A stretch of 64,000 nucleotides of DNA. Origin: Toensbergia leucococca. Taxonomy: Eukaryota. The position numbers and the translations under genes were made by a program. The notes under the pieces are model-generated. The model was not told the origin of the DNA. It ran no database searches and saw only the letters and a program-made list of their open reading frames with translations. Of this stretch, positions 49,725-61,870 are shown piece by piece. Each line of letters opens with the position of its first letter. Position 1 is the stretch's first letter. Where the stretch lies: assembly GCA_022813965.1 (NCBI GenBank), contig JALDZS010000105.1:1-64000 (forward strand). Direction: 5' to 3'.

Positions 49725-51081
49725 ATGCCTACAGCAACAGAAGACTATGGTTCCGCTGCTGTGAATCACACCATCGAGAAGTATCGCCCTTCCGTCGAGC
49801 CATTTGAAGAATTCTACAAAGACATTCATCAGAACCCAGAGCTATCTGGAGAGGAAGTTCGGACAGCCTCGATTGCCGCAAAGTACCTCGATTCCTTGAG
49901 CGATTTTGTCGTCCACCGAAATATCGGCGGTCATGGAGTTGTAGGCTTGTTGAAGAATGGATCAGGTCCAACGGTTCTACTTCGTGCCGATATGGATGCC
50001 CTACCCCATCTCGAGCAGACCGGCCTACCGTATGCAAGCACAAAAATCGCCAAGGACCGCCAAGGGAAGGATACGCCTGTTATGCACGCATGTAGGTTTA
50101 CCGGAACCTTGTACTTTGAAATGATCTTTATCTCATAGAAGCTTAGGCGGACACGACATGCATGTGGCTCTTCTAATGGGGGCCACCAAGCTGCTTCACT
50201 CAGCCCGGTCTCAGTGGAGTGGGACTCTTGTCTGTTTGTTTCAACCAGCCGAAGAATTGGCCGAAGGTGCCCTAGCCATGGTTCAAGACGGCCTATACGA
50301 GTACGAGAAATACGGTATTCCCATACCAGATATTGTTCTGGGTCAACACACGCATGCCACTAGGGCCGGCAGAATCACACTCAGCCCTGGCCCTATTTTG
50401 ACTGCTATCGACTCTCTAGATGTTCGTATTTTTGGCAAGAGTGGTCATGTCTGCCGAGCGGATCTTTGTATTGACCCTGTTCTTATTGCTAGTCACATTG
50501 TTGTGCGTTTGCAAAGTGTAGTCAACAAAGAGGTTCGGCCTGAAGAGTTTGCGGTCGTGGCTTGTGGTAGCATCCATGGTGGTACGGCGGCAAACATTGT
50601 TCCTGATTTCGTTGATCTAAAAATTACCATCCGATCATATACGCCAGCGGTCCACCAGAGGCTACTCAACGCCGTTCATCAGGTTGTAAATTTGGAATGC
50701 AAGATATCGGGCGCCAGGGAACCAGAGATCAAGCCGTTCATGTGCGCGCCCGCCACAGTAAACGACGAAACGAGCGAAGCAATTCTCAAGAAAGCGTTTG
50801 ATGCGTACTTTGGCGAGAATTCAGTTCCGTTGGTTCCTTTCGGGGCAAGTGAAGACTTCTCATATCTTGCCAGAGCATGCGGGGCACCCTATCTGTTTTA
50901 TATGTTTGGCTGCATCGATCCAGATTTGTGGGACGAGAAGGAGAGAGCGGGCAAGCTGGACAAGATTCCGCACAATCATTCGGCTTTCTACGCACCAGTC
51001 ATAGAGCCCACCATGACAGTGGCATTGGATGCTTTTGCATTGGCAGCACTGACTTTTCTTGGACCACGGCAGGAAAGTTGA
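49725..51081 (+). CDS. Peptidase M20D / hippurate-hydrolase-like amidohydrolase
   Basis: IHQNPELSGEE, LLRADMDALP, MHAC/GHD across intron 50092-50146, FQPAEE, SEDFS and PHNHS motifs. Confidence 0.94.
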
Positions 51082-51476
51082 GAGCACAATGTTTGTTAAG
51101 GTAGAGTACTCTGTAGATGAACTGAAGGTGTCTCAAAACGACTGCAACCGCGTTTTGGGATTCTGCATCGTAAGATCAGTAGAGTCGTACAAGGAGCAAC
51201 ACACCATCTGTACGAGTAGAATAATCAGGACGTTCTCGTTGTCAAGCCAGCTTGCCAATTGGGTCAATCCTCGAAGTTGACCGGGAACAATGCTACCACA
51301 CTAGTAGGTAGCGTCGCTAGAATACTGTACCATAGTATTGTACGAGTATTATATTCTAGAGGGTGAGGGACTCGGAGACTTTCCCTACACAATTGATGAA
51401 GATGATTTCGCGACACGACGGTGGGAGACTTTGAGTTCGATGCTTAATCTGACTGAATACATATTCTAGGACTACC

Positions 51477-52598
51477 ATGGCCAAGTCATCCACGAAACGC
51501 CGAGCCAAGCCTGCCTCCAAGCCAAGCAATTCCTCTCCCACACAGTCTACGAGTACCATACCTACCATACCCTCGAAAGCCTCTTCCTCTTCCTCTTCCT
51601 CTTCCTCTACACCGCCTGCACCATACTCGCTCCCACCGCCAGCTTTACATCCATTCCTTGAAAATCTTAATCCCACACACATTTACATTGTACACATCGA
51701 CAATCACCCCCGGGCCTTCAAAAGACGGGTCTTCTCAGTTCCCGTCCTCATGAACGTCGTCATCGCAATCCTCCTAGTATGGCGAGCTAGGGTGGCAATA
51801 CCTTCATACGTTGCAATTGCCTTTGTTACACTAGGCCATGAGAATGCCGCTAAAATCGGCATTGCCAACACTGACTGGTCCACCCTGATCTGGATAGTTG
51901 CATCTAGAGCTACCATGTTCCTGATCGATACCTCGCTTGCTCGCTTTATTTTGCCGTGGCCCATCGAATTCTTCTTGGGATCGCCAGCCAGCCCTATAAT
52001 GTGGAGATGGAAAGTGGGCTTTCACGACCAAGAGATCATCGTACGCAAGTCTCGAAAATGGGATCGGGAATTGCCCAACGACTGGCTGGCCGAAGAATCG
52101 GATGGTTTCGTCTACAAGGAGAGAATCATGCCGGGCATTGATCGAGCATACGTGCAAGCCAAGACAGGCTATCTCATGATTGATGATAAAAACTGGGACC
52201 TGGCCTTTGCTGAGATGATCACGGCCCATGCGTTAGTATCACAAGGGACAGCGACAATCTCCGATTTCCAGAAGAGTGTTATTGTGTATTCTAATAGTCA
52301 TGGGTGGCTTGTCTGGTCAGTATATAAGCTTGATGAGGGACATCAAGAAGAAGGCAGGAAGAAGCTTGTCCTGTTCAAGGATAAACTTACGGCCATGGGC
52401 AAGGAAAGCTTGTTCTTCCAGTGGATCGAACTTTTACAATATGAGACGTCGCAATCTAATGGATTCACAAAGGCAAGACAGGTGGATGCTATGAAAAAGG
52501 CAAAGGAACTCTTCGAGTCTCAAGGGGTTGATTTCGAAGAATTCTGGAAGGACGTTGGCGGAGTGGACGGCTTGCCTGGGATGGAAGTCACACGGTGA
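51477..52598 (+). CDS. Fungal hypothetical membrane protein, 373 aa
   Basis: Single-exon ORF with Ser-rich N-terminus, two hydrophobic segments, and motifs HIDNHPRAFKRRVF, WRWKVGFHDQEIIVRKSR, KTGYLM and GKESLFFQWIE. Confidence 0.85.
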   Translation: MAKSSTKRRAKPASKPSNSSPTQSTSTIPTIPSKASSSSSSSSSTPPAPYSLPPPALHPFLENLNPTHIYIVHIDNHPRAFKRRVFSVPVLMNVVIAILLVWRARVAIPSYVAIAFVTLGHENAAKIGIANTDWSTLIWIVASRATMFLIDTSLARFILPWPIEFFLGSPASPIMWRWKVGFHDQEIIVRKSRKWDRELPNDWLAEESDGFVYKERIMPGIDRAYVQAKTGYLMIDDKNWDLAFAEMITAHALVSQGTATISDFQKSVIVYSNSHGWLVWSVYKLDEGHQEEGRKKLVLFKDKLTAMGKESLFFQWIELLQYETSQSNGFTKARQVDAMKKAKELFESQGVDFEEFWKDVGGVDGLPGMEVTR

Positions 52599-53060
52599 AC
52601 CTGGCTTTAAACTTGAATAGCGCCGCTCGAAAGACATCACACGTCCAGTGGAAGTCTTTTAATATTACGTTCGTGGAAGCAACCTAACAGAAGAAGAAGG
52701 ATGTAGGTAAACGTTCGCATAGCCCCCCACTCTATATAGGCGCGCTAATTGGGTCACTGTCACACAGTCTACCCCATGATGAGACCTCCATTGTTCAACA
52801 TTTGCCGCGCCAGATACTTAGTCTGCTAGTCACTTGCGGTGTGTTTCTACTCGTCTCTTACCACGACTGGTAACATTCCCATGACCAGCGTTTCACCCCT
52901 GGCGATCGAGTCAAAATGTCTCTCTCAAGTGACGAATTTCCCTTCCTCTTGTCTCCCTCGGCTTCAATGTTTTTTCTATATTACGGCAATTGCCCGAATT
53001 TTGGAGACCTGCTACTACGCTACCGCCAAATCATCCCTTAATTTTGATTCAGTTATAACG

Positions 53061-54495
53061 ATGCGGTGGCCCTTTCTTCTCATCGGTCTGTTGTTTAAAC
53101 CTCCTCTGACGACCGCTTCGCCGTTTTCATGGTACACTGGTGGCGAAACTCACTCTCTTCAAGTCAGGCAAGCTCCGGATTGCAATGATCTTGGGGCAAC
53201 GTTCTTCCAGGCGTGTTATGGTATCCTCAACATAGGTGCATACCTTGATAATCCAGTCACGGGATGGAATCATACCACACCGACCTGCAATGACCTCGAA
53301 GATGGAGCAAACTGCTGCTTAGTCGGCGAACCGTGGACGACATGTTATTTGCGCCTTGCTCATGGACAAGCAGGATACGATTGCAGCGAAATCAACCCTC
53401 AAAGCTGTTCTTACAATCCACAGATGGCTGTCAATCCGATCATCGCGCCAGAGGTTCGCTACACGATGAAAAACATTTACGGTAAATGAGCTTGAACCCC
53501 ATGATCAGGTCGTCCAACATGTCGCTGATGTAAACAAAGCTGTCAACGAATTCTTCACCACTTATTGGCAGGCTCTAGGGTATGCCCTTACCGAGGCTCA
53601 GCTGGTCATTGAAAGTATCATCAACGAACTTGATCCGCAAGCGACGACGACATTCAATGTTCTAGATATTCTCACTGTTCTGTCGGTTGGGTTGGCCTTT
53701 CTTGGCGCACCTTCACTGGCCGTGGTCCTGCTCTCTTTTGCTACGACGACTCGATTTGCAGCTCAAGCATTCATCATCAGCTTGCAACAAGCGCCCAGTG
53801 TAGGAAAAACGCTGTGGCCTCAAGGATCAGACGCATCACATTTTCTCCAAATTGGAGCTTTGAGCCAGGCACTCTCGAATGCGTCGAGTGCACTCCAAGG
53901 ACAGCTTAACGCAGGCTTGGAACTGCTCATGAGCGATGTGCCATCATTTGTAAATTTTACTCAAAGCGGTGCCTACTCGGGTATGACCTCACTGGCGTTG
54001 CCTACAAAAACCGAAGGTCTCGATTTTGCTTTCAGTACCTACCTTCTCTCTTTGGCAATGGGAAAGAATGGATGGCAAGCGTACAAGTCCCAAAACCTCA
54101 CCAAGGAAGAGATGACGACATCCGCAGCGGAAGGCTGTACCTGGGATGCGAACAACCTGTGCGGCCAAGGCTTCTTCGCCAGCCCCGTGACGGGGAATGT
54201 GTACAATCTATTAGTGGAAAAGTGGCCAAACAACAACGATCCCAATCAAGTGATGAAAGACATTATAAGCAACAATTGGGCCGACCTCTCCATCTTGTTC
54301 GACGGCGCCTACAACTGCACCATGGCTGGCTTGTCTGGCACGGGCAACCCTGTCAATTTTGATGGCGGCGGTAACCCCGATCTGGCGTGTATTTCGCAGC
54401 TGCCCTTTTGCATGCGCTGTTTTGAGCCTTGCCCGACGTATTTGGTGAATGGACAATGCCCCTTTTCTATCTGCGGCTATGGCTCATGCAGCTAA
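53061..54495 (+). CDS. Secreted Cys-rich protein, two exons
   Basis: Signal-like MRWPFLLIGLLFKPPLTTASP. N-terminal Cys cluster (CC..EPWTTCYLR..DC..C). Intron about 53482-53539. Central helical region and a Cys-rich tail. Confidence 0.82.
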
Positions 54496-54499
54496 GTCC

Positions 54500-55700
54500 T
54501 GTGGTATTAGTTTGGGCATGATGTTGTTTTTGTTTACTTCTTGGTAGTGTAATTAGGCTTCTTAATATACCTTTTTTGGCCCAGCATTGTTTGGGGGTGT
54601 TTTTTGTGATTGTTATTTTCAGTGGTTTGTGGTATGGGTCTGGTCATATTCGAGGATTTTCAGCCTTTGTTTGTCTTCAATATCCACAGTGGCCTAACCA
54701 ACGGGTCTTTTGAGTATCTCCTCGCCTCGCTGCTACGACCCTACATTGGAATCTCTGGCTATCTATCTTGGGCGCAGGAAGTCGAAGGGGGGGTTGATTG
54801 GTTACATTGGTGTCAGGGAGGTGTGGGTAGTATCATCCCTTATTTACATAAAAACCTCCGGTAAAAGAAACCCGAATTTTCCTTTTTTCAAAAAATGCAA
54901 AATTTCATTGCTGCCCGGACGCGGGGGTTGACGAGTTGGTGTCAGGGCAACACACATATCATATGCACACGTTGTGGGAGTTTGGTTTCCACCATCGTCG
55001 TCATCGTTACCATCGTTACTAAACGGGGGTCTGTTGGCTCTTGGAACTGCTTGGACGGTGGAGTGCATGCGGCATGGTTAGTTGGATTGGTAGGGTTGTT
55101 TTGATGGGTGCGTAGAGGTAGGTAGGGTAGGCTTTGGAGGATTTTTAGAAATCCCCCCCTCATACACACGTAAAAAAAATATGAAAAAACAAGAGGAATT
55201 AAAAGGGGATTGTTGCACAGCCAGCACTGATCTCGCTGTCTCATTTCTCTCATGGGTATACAAAAAGTTACCCCATCCGTTTTTTTATCTAAACAATGAA
55301 AAGATATTTCTTTGAATCAAGTTGAGTCGGGGGGGAGGGGAGGGGAGGAGGGCGGCAAACCTGAGTCCAGTCTCTGATTTCAGTGTCTTTTGTGGTTATA
55401 ATATAAAAAGTAAAAACCCCCTCGGGAGCTGCTGAGGGATTTTACCATTACTAAGAAAAAAATCACTTGAAATGTCGTGGACTTTTCTTGTGTGATTGTG
55501 TGCTTCCTGTCTCTGGAGGGGCGCTTTCAATACAATCTCTACCCTATGCAATTATGACTTTGTGTGTTTTGTGTCTTAGATAGATGGAGACGATCCTTCA
55601 AATCCCTATCCCTCCCCCCCTCCCACCAAGAAACACGAAAACCAATGTAAATGAATGTGGGTCCATCTATACTCTGCCGAAAGGCGTTGATTGGGGATCT
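54500..55700. repeat. Low-complexity G/T- and A-rich intergenic island
   Basis: Homopolymer runs and strand-skewed composition; no credible ORF. Confidence 0.5.
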
Positions 55701-56826
55701 ATGTAGTTGGACAGATGCTTGATTCTCGGGGGGTGTACGAGATTGAGCAAATTATTACTCGTAAAGAAAACGAACAATTTGCGTGGGCCACGTGTGCAAC
55801 TACAATCCGTCACGCGATGAGAAAAGAAAGCCCAAATAGCTGTTATGTAAAAAGTACGATGGTGGAGACCGATGGCATGAAACCGATTGTTCCGCCTCTT
55901 CTACTCCGGGTCTGCGAGATAGGCGGTGGATCAAAAGTCTAAAACTATTAGACCCTTCATTTTTCTAATAATACCCGTTCCTCGGAGACCACCAAAGGCC
56001 GAGGGAGAGAAGATCCACTTTATGTAATAGACCCACAGGGCCGAAGTGTGGCATCATCGATCACGCGATGTCCGGAGGGAGCTCCGAAGAGCGGCTGAGG
56101 CATCAGAGGTACATTGCTTGAAACGGATTGCGCGAGACTGGTTCTTGCGCCTTCAGTTGTGTGCGGGATAGACGGAGAGTTGGCTTATTCAGCTGATGGA
56201 ATGACCCAGATCATAGTGAGGCTCTCGATGATGAACCCTATTCGGAGATCTCGTGGGTCAAGACATTGATTTTTTACGTGATAGGACCACTGGCAGCTTC
56301 GGCATTTTCGGTTGTATGATCTTAAAGGGGAACATGTCGGATGTTACTGCTCGCGGCAGGATGACGAATATCCGCTGTGATATTATTGCTGGGCTCGACT
56401 CGGTGGTTTCACTCTTGTACTCAAATCTCAACGGTGGAAGTTGGAGGCTTGTACTCGAAGGTCGTACTATGTAGCATGCTCTTCCGGTGTCTGTTTAGTT
56501 CCTTCCTAGTGATGGCTATGGTTCTATGTGGCGGTATAGCTGGCTATCACTACGTTCGAGCTGAAGTCGCTGTACCAACCTCGAAGCAAGCTAATCTCGT
56601 AGGTAGCATCTATCGAGGATCTAGATAGAAGCTGATCGAAACACGTCGCAGTAAATATCGGTCCGGGACCATCTCAACATACCGTAAGAGCCTCCATAAA
56701 AACTGCATTGGATGCTTTCTCGTTGAGCTGCTCCTCCTCTTGTCGCCTTTGTTGATTCGAGGCCGGTGCTTCGAAACCTCGAGAACCAATCTCATCTCTA
56801 AAGTTCAAGCGTAAAAAGCTCATAAC

Positions 56827-57918
56827 TCAGACAGCATCGACTTGCGAATCTTTAGAGAGTAACATTCCGGTGGTATCCAAGCATAAGCGAGCAATAAACT
56901 GGCGCGTTTTAGGTGCAGCCATACGGATACCGTCAGAAGAGAGACCTCGAATATAGGTCATAGCAAGAGTTTCGTCAGGATGTACTGGATGATGTAGTTG
57001 GAGGAACGCCTCGTAAGGGGTGCTAGTAAAGGCCCATAGATGGACCGCTTCAAGAAATTCGTCAAAACTCAATGGGTCGAAGCCTCCAGCCATGCTTCTT
57101 TGTGCTAGTATACCGGTGAGATACCTCCCTGTTGGTTTGAATACAATGCTGCGAACGGATTTGGCTGGTATCGACGAAGTAGACGCCTCCCTGACTCTCT
57201 GCACAAACGACTTTATGATAATGTTTAGATCTACTCCAAACTGCATCTGAGACTTGATGGTTTTCAAAAGGATCTTTTTCTGTGACTGTATGATGTGTTG
57301 AGAGTCTTCAGTATTCGGTGAAATGTCATGCGCCGTTTCTAATTTGGATAGCCATCGCCAAATTACTTTTTCACGTCCCTCGATAACGAGGAAATGTATT
57401 AGGAGCCTGACAAGTTTCCAACGGGTGAGAAGTATTGTCGACTCTCCGAACCCGGATGACCACAGCCAATTAAGCACTATTGATCCTGGTTTCAACAGCC
57501 TTGTATCTTCCTCTGTTTTCCTTATTGCAGAGGAGAGGGTGTTGTTGCGCTGAGCCTCTAGACAGAGCCTGGCAATTTCCAGCGTCGCAGTGCCGGCAGC
57601 AGCTTGCTCCTCAAAATAGTCCATCGGGCGCTCGAGAATTACTTGGCTCTCGCGAATAAATTTACTAATTCCATCCTGCTGAGGGATACGTATATTTGTC
57701 CGTGAATTGAAAAGAGGGTTGGAGAGTATTGAATGGAGGTGTTGGTCGGCGGCGTGCTGCTGTGATGTCAAACCCACAGAATGCTCCTTGTTAAGTTGCT
57801 CTCTAAAGGAAGCATTAATTAGGGTAAGAAGTTTCTGCGACTGGCGTAGATTGAGAGGTAGGGGTGGATGTATCATAGATGTTAGCTTTTGGAGATTAAG
57901 GACGGCGGAGTTCTTCAT
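56827..57918 (-). CDS. Fungal hypothetical protein, apparently truncated at the C-terminus
   Basis: 363-aa ORF with N-terminal IHPPLPLNLRQSQKLLTLINASFREQL and DQHLHSILSNPLF motifs. Ends DAV* but continues protein-like after the stop (see findings). Confidence 0.8.
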   Translation of the reverse strand: MKNSAVLNLQKLTSMIHPPLPLNLRQSQKLLTLINASFREQLNKEHSVGLTSQQHAADQHLHSILSNPLFNSRTNIRIPQQDGISKFIRESQVILERPMDYFEEQAAAGTATLEIARLCLEAQRNNTLSSAIRKTEEDTRLLKPGSIVLNWLWSSGFGESTILLTRWKLVRLLIHFLVIEGREKVIWRWLSKLETAHDISPNTEDSQHIIQSQKKILLKTIKSQMQFGVDLNIIIKSFVQRVREASTSSIPAKSVRSIVFKPTGRYLTGILAQRSMAGGFDPLSFDEFLEAVHLWAFTSTPYEAFLQLHHPVHPDETLAMTYIRGLSSDGIRMAAPKTRQFIARLCLDTTGMLLSKDSQVDAV

Positions 57919-58120
57919 ATTTGATTCGAGTACGAGTACTTGGGGTGGACAGGTGGTACTCGGTACTGAGTATCAGGGTGATTGAATCACGTTCACGACA
58001 GGTAGCATGTCATCGGAATCATCGGTATCATCGATATGCACCCCATTCCCAGATAGCAGAGAGGGGAATTCTTTGCCGTTGCCAGTTAAGATAGACAAAA
58101 TCGGTGGATAAAGTAGACAA

Positions 58121-58180
58121 GGTAGTGGTGGTGATGGTGGCGGTGGTGGTGGTGGTGATGGTGGTGGTGGTGGTGGTGGT
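58121..58180. repeat. (GGT)n microsatellite, about 20 units, in a divergent promoter
   Basis: Imperfect GGT run read directly. Confidence 0.92.
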
Positions 58181-58586
58181 GCGATATGACGGATCGATAG
58201 CTAGTGAAGTTCGCTTACAGGCTAGTGCCGAAAGAGGTCTAGCGCAAAGGCATAATTTAGACGCGAATCACGGATTTTGGATTTCGTGGAGATGCGCCCA
58301 ATCTGGTCACACTACATACTCCGTATTCTCTACTCGTACACCTTCCACTTCCACCACCTTAAGTGCCCTGTTCCCTATTTCCACTACAGCTTGAAGCTGA
58401 CCTACCAATCGTCCATCCACCTCTAAGCCTTCTTCCACTTCCAATTCACTGTATTCTAGTCTCATGACTTGAGCACATCGCCAACCCCAACCCCACAGTC
58501 GAACCCTATTCGCAATACATTCACAAAGTCAACTTTACAACAACTGCGACTGGACACCATCACCCATCCCATTACACCATAACGCC

Positions 58587-61500
58587 ATGTCAGAAGTCAA
58601 ATCTAGACCTTCTGCCCCGCGTGGTAGAGGTTCAGGCCGAGGTGGTCGTGGAGGCTATAGGGGTGGCAGAGGTGGAAGCCGGCAAATGAATGGCGACAAA
58701 TCAGAGCTCACGGATCCACCTACACATGAAGATGAGGGAGAGATAGGCCAACTCAAGAAGCACTATGCCTCCCAGTTGAATCCCATCAAAGAAATGTTCC
58801 CAGACTGGACCGATGAGGATATCGTGTATGCGCTTCAGGAGACTGATGGTGACCTTGAGAGTACAATTGAGCAAATCTCTGAAGGTAAGCAAGCCTGTCG
58901 ATATTACCGAGCCTTGACAAATACAAGTGCTACTTGTTAATATGTTAGTGTCTTAGGCAACATCTCTCAATGGGGAGAGGTCAAGAAAAAGACCAAAGAC
59001 CGATCTCGATCAAAGGTGAAGGATTCCGATGCCGCACTCGTCGAGACTACCAATTCTTCAGGTCGTGGGGGTCGTGGAAGAGGTGCGCTTGAAGGTACTC
59101 GTGGTGGCAGAGGCCGTGCTTCTGATCGTCCACGGGGAGCGAATAGAGGCGGAAGAGGTGGCTCTGGAGTCAATGGGACGCGCACTTCCAATCTCGACAA
59201 AGGCAAGGTAGATACAGCTCCTACGCCTGTAGAACCATCCGTTTGGGATGTGCCAGCGCCGAAGACTGGCGGGGTGGAAGGTACTTGGGATCAGCCAACC
59301 GAAACCGATAACGCAAACATGGAAGGTTCATGGGAAAACATCGTCGCCGAATCCTCACCGCCACGAGCCACGGAAGCTTCAAAAGCCAGTTCGAAACCCG
59401 ATGGAACTAGAAGCTGGGCGAGTATTTTCAATAAGCCAGCTCCTGCACCCGTTCCCCTAAAGGCCTCTCAAGCACCATCAATGCAAGACATCCCTGTCGA
59501 GACACTGCCATCTTCAGTAGAAGCACCGACGGAGATGGATATGCCCGGATTGCCACCTCCAATACTACTTGAGGATCCAATCGTGGAGATACCAAATACT
59601 CCGCCAATGCCAGATCTGCCGCCTTCAGAGCCAGCACCCGACATCACACCAACAAAGGATGAGCTGACGGAAACCAATCTGGTGCAAATCCTAGATGTAT
59701 CAATTCCACCAGCTACTGCTACTGCGGCTAGCACTGTCGCAAGTACTCACGATGCCCGAGCTGAAGGAGGAAATGCTACACCCATTCACGTACCACACTC
59801 ACAAGCTACTTCTCGACCTCCAATGGGGGGATATGCAACAAGTGCGTTCAAAGCCACAGGCATGCCTGGCCGGTCAGCAAGCTTTCAGAGACGAGTCTTG
59901 GAGCAACAAGAAGCTGTTGTCATGCCGGGAAATCATGCTGTCGATCGTGCAGTAGTACAGTTTGGCAGTATGGGCCTTAACGGGACGACAGACGACTTGG
60001 ATCTTGATGATGATAGAGAAGAGCCAGAGACACGTACTCAACCCCCTCAACACTCTCCAGTTGCGCCACGAGCAACTCTGCCGCCAGCACCCCAACAGCA
60101 GGCATTTCCAGTGCAGCCCCCGTCTAATGAGGTGCACCAAGCCCCAAGACAAGCTCCTGGATTACCGCTCTTGGATCCGCAACTTAGCCAGACTTCTTTG
60201 ACAGAGCAAGGTGTGTCTCAGCAGCCGTCGCAAGTTAGCTATTCATACAATCAATTGAATAATCGCTATGGTCCCCAAGCTTCCCAGCAAGAGCCCTCGG
60301 CGCCGGCTCAGAAAGCATATGAACCTTTTGGTCAACAAATACAACAGCCACATCATCAATACGATGGCTATCCCACCCATTCCCAGGCTCCAGCTCAATC
60401 ACAAAATCATGCTCAATCTCAAATAGGTGGTTACTCGTCCGCGTCTAATGACAATACGTCCTACTACACATCTGATAGTCAGCGTAACGCCTATCAGAAC
60501 TATTACGGCAATTACGGCCATCAACAACCAACGCCACAAGAGGCAGGCGCATCTCAACAGAGGATTGGAAGTGGCTTTGGAACGTCAGTGGCAGAGCAGG
60601 CCTCTCAGTATGCGACCAGCCAGAGTCAGCAACAGCCACCAAGTCGTTATGCCCAAGCTAGCGAGGCTCAAACTAGCGGACACTCAACTCCAAACCCGTT
60701 GGTCCCGGGCCAGCAATCCAATCAGACACATCAAGGCCAGCACATGCCTCAGCAGCAGACCCAAGGACAAACTGGAGGACAGCATGGTCCGTATCCATAT
60801 GGACACCCATACTACAATGCCAACCCGTACTACTCGTACATGAATCAGGTGAGTCATCAAAATCATTCATACGGTCGGGATCGTCCCATGTTCGATGACG
60901 TTCGTCGATATGATGATCAATATCTCACACATAATCCCCAGTTCGGGTACGGTGGCAATCAGGCTGGCTATGGTGGTGGTCCTTTTGGAGGGGCAACAAC
61001 AAAACAAGGCATGTACGGGCAGCCACACCAGGGTTATGGCATGTCCCCGCAGACATCGTACGACCAGCACTCTTCTTCTCCGGCAAATGTGGGTTCATTC
61101 GGCCAGCAACACTCGGCGCCTAGTAGAGAGGGTACGGCCACCGGAGGTCTTGGAGGATATGGGCGTTCTGGGTCGACTCAACCATCAGAGCCTCAGCAGC
61201 AGCATAGTACAAGTGGCGCAGGGGCGTTTGGGAGCATGCCGGATGTCTTTGCTCGCTCTCAATCGGGATATCCTGGACAGACCCAAGGTCTTACGCACCA
61301 ACAGAGCAACCAGCAAGCCGGTAACGAGGAATCCCTTCGCGGCTACGGCGACTCCTCAAAGGTAGCTGGAGGCCCAAGTCCTGCCCTCGGTCAGCCTGGT
61401 GCACGTCCCGGATCCGCAGCCAACATGCAAGCTCAGACGGGATTACCTCCGCCGCAGAGTCAGAGCCAACAAGGCTACACCGGCTTCCCGGGTCATGTGA

Positions 61501-61694
61501 ACCACCAGATGCATGGACAGCAGGGCTCGCAGTATGGAGCCGGACTTGGGGGAATGGCGGGACATCATCAGAGTGGGGCGCAGGCTCATCAGGGGAGCGG
61601 TTATGGTGGTTATGGCGTTGCTGGGAGCTTTGGCGGGAGTTATTATGGGGGGAATAATCGTGGGGGGTGGAGTGGGGGTTATGGAGGGCATTAG
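58587..61694 (+). CDS. DEF1: RNA polymerase II degradation factor Def1 (CUE domain, RGG boxes, Q/G/Y-rich tail)
   Basis: MSEVKSRPSAPRGRGSGRGGRGG, CUE domain IKEMFPDWTDEDIVYALQETDGDLE, intron 58885-58956, QWGEVKKK, EQQEAVVMPGNHAVDRAVVQFGSMGL, and a prion-like C-terminus. Confidence 0.93.
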
Positions 61695-61845
61695 ATTGAT
61701 GGGCCCATGTCCCCCCTTGGGTTTTTCGACTTTTTGTAGGGAGGGGGAATGTTGATTACCGATTATCGATCTTCCAATGGTTTTAGGGTGACTGAGATCT
61801 TTTTCTAAATCTCTCTTTTTCTCCCACATTGTTCTCTCTTTTTTT

Positions 61846-61870
61846 GAGAGAGAGAGAGAGAGAGAGAGAG
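61846..61870. repeat. (GA)n microsatellite in the DEF1 3' region
   Basis: About 12 GA units. Confidence 0.9.

Noticed and set aside
45402..51081. Biosynthetic gene cluster (desaturase plus amidohydrolase)
   Set aside because: No backbone enzyme, transporter or cluster regulator; neighbours are unrelated genes.
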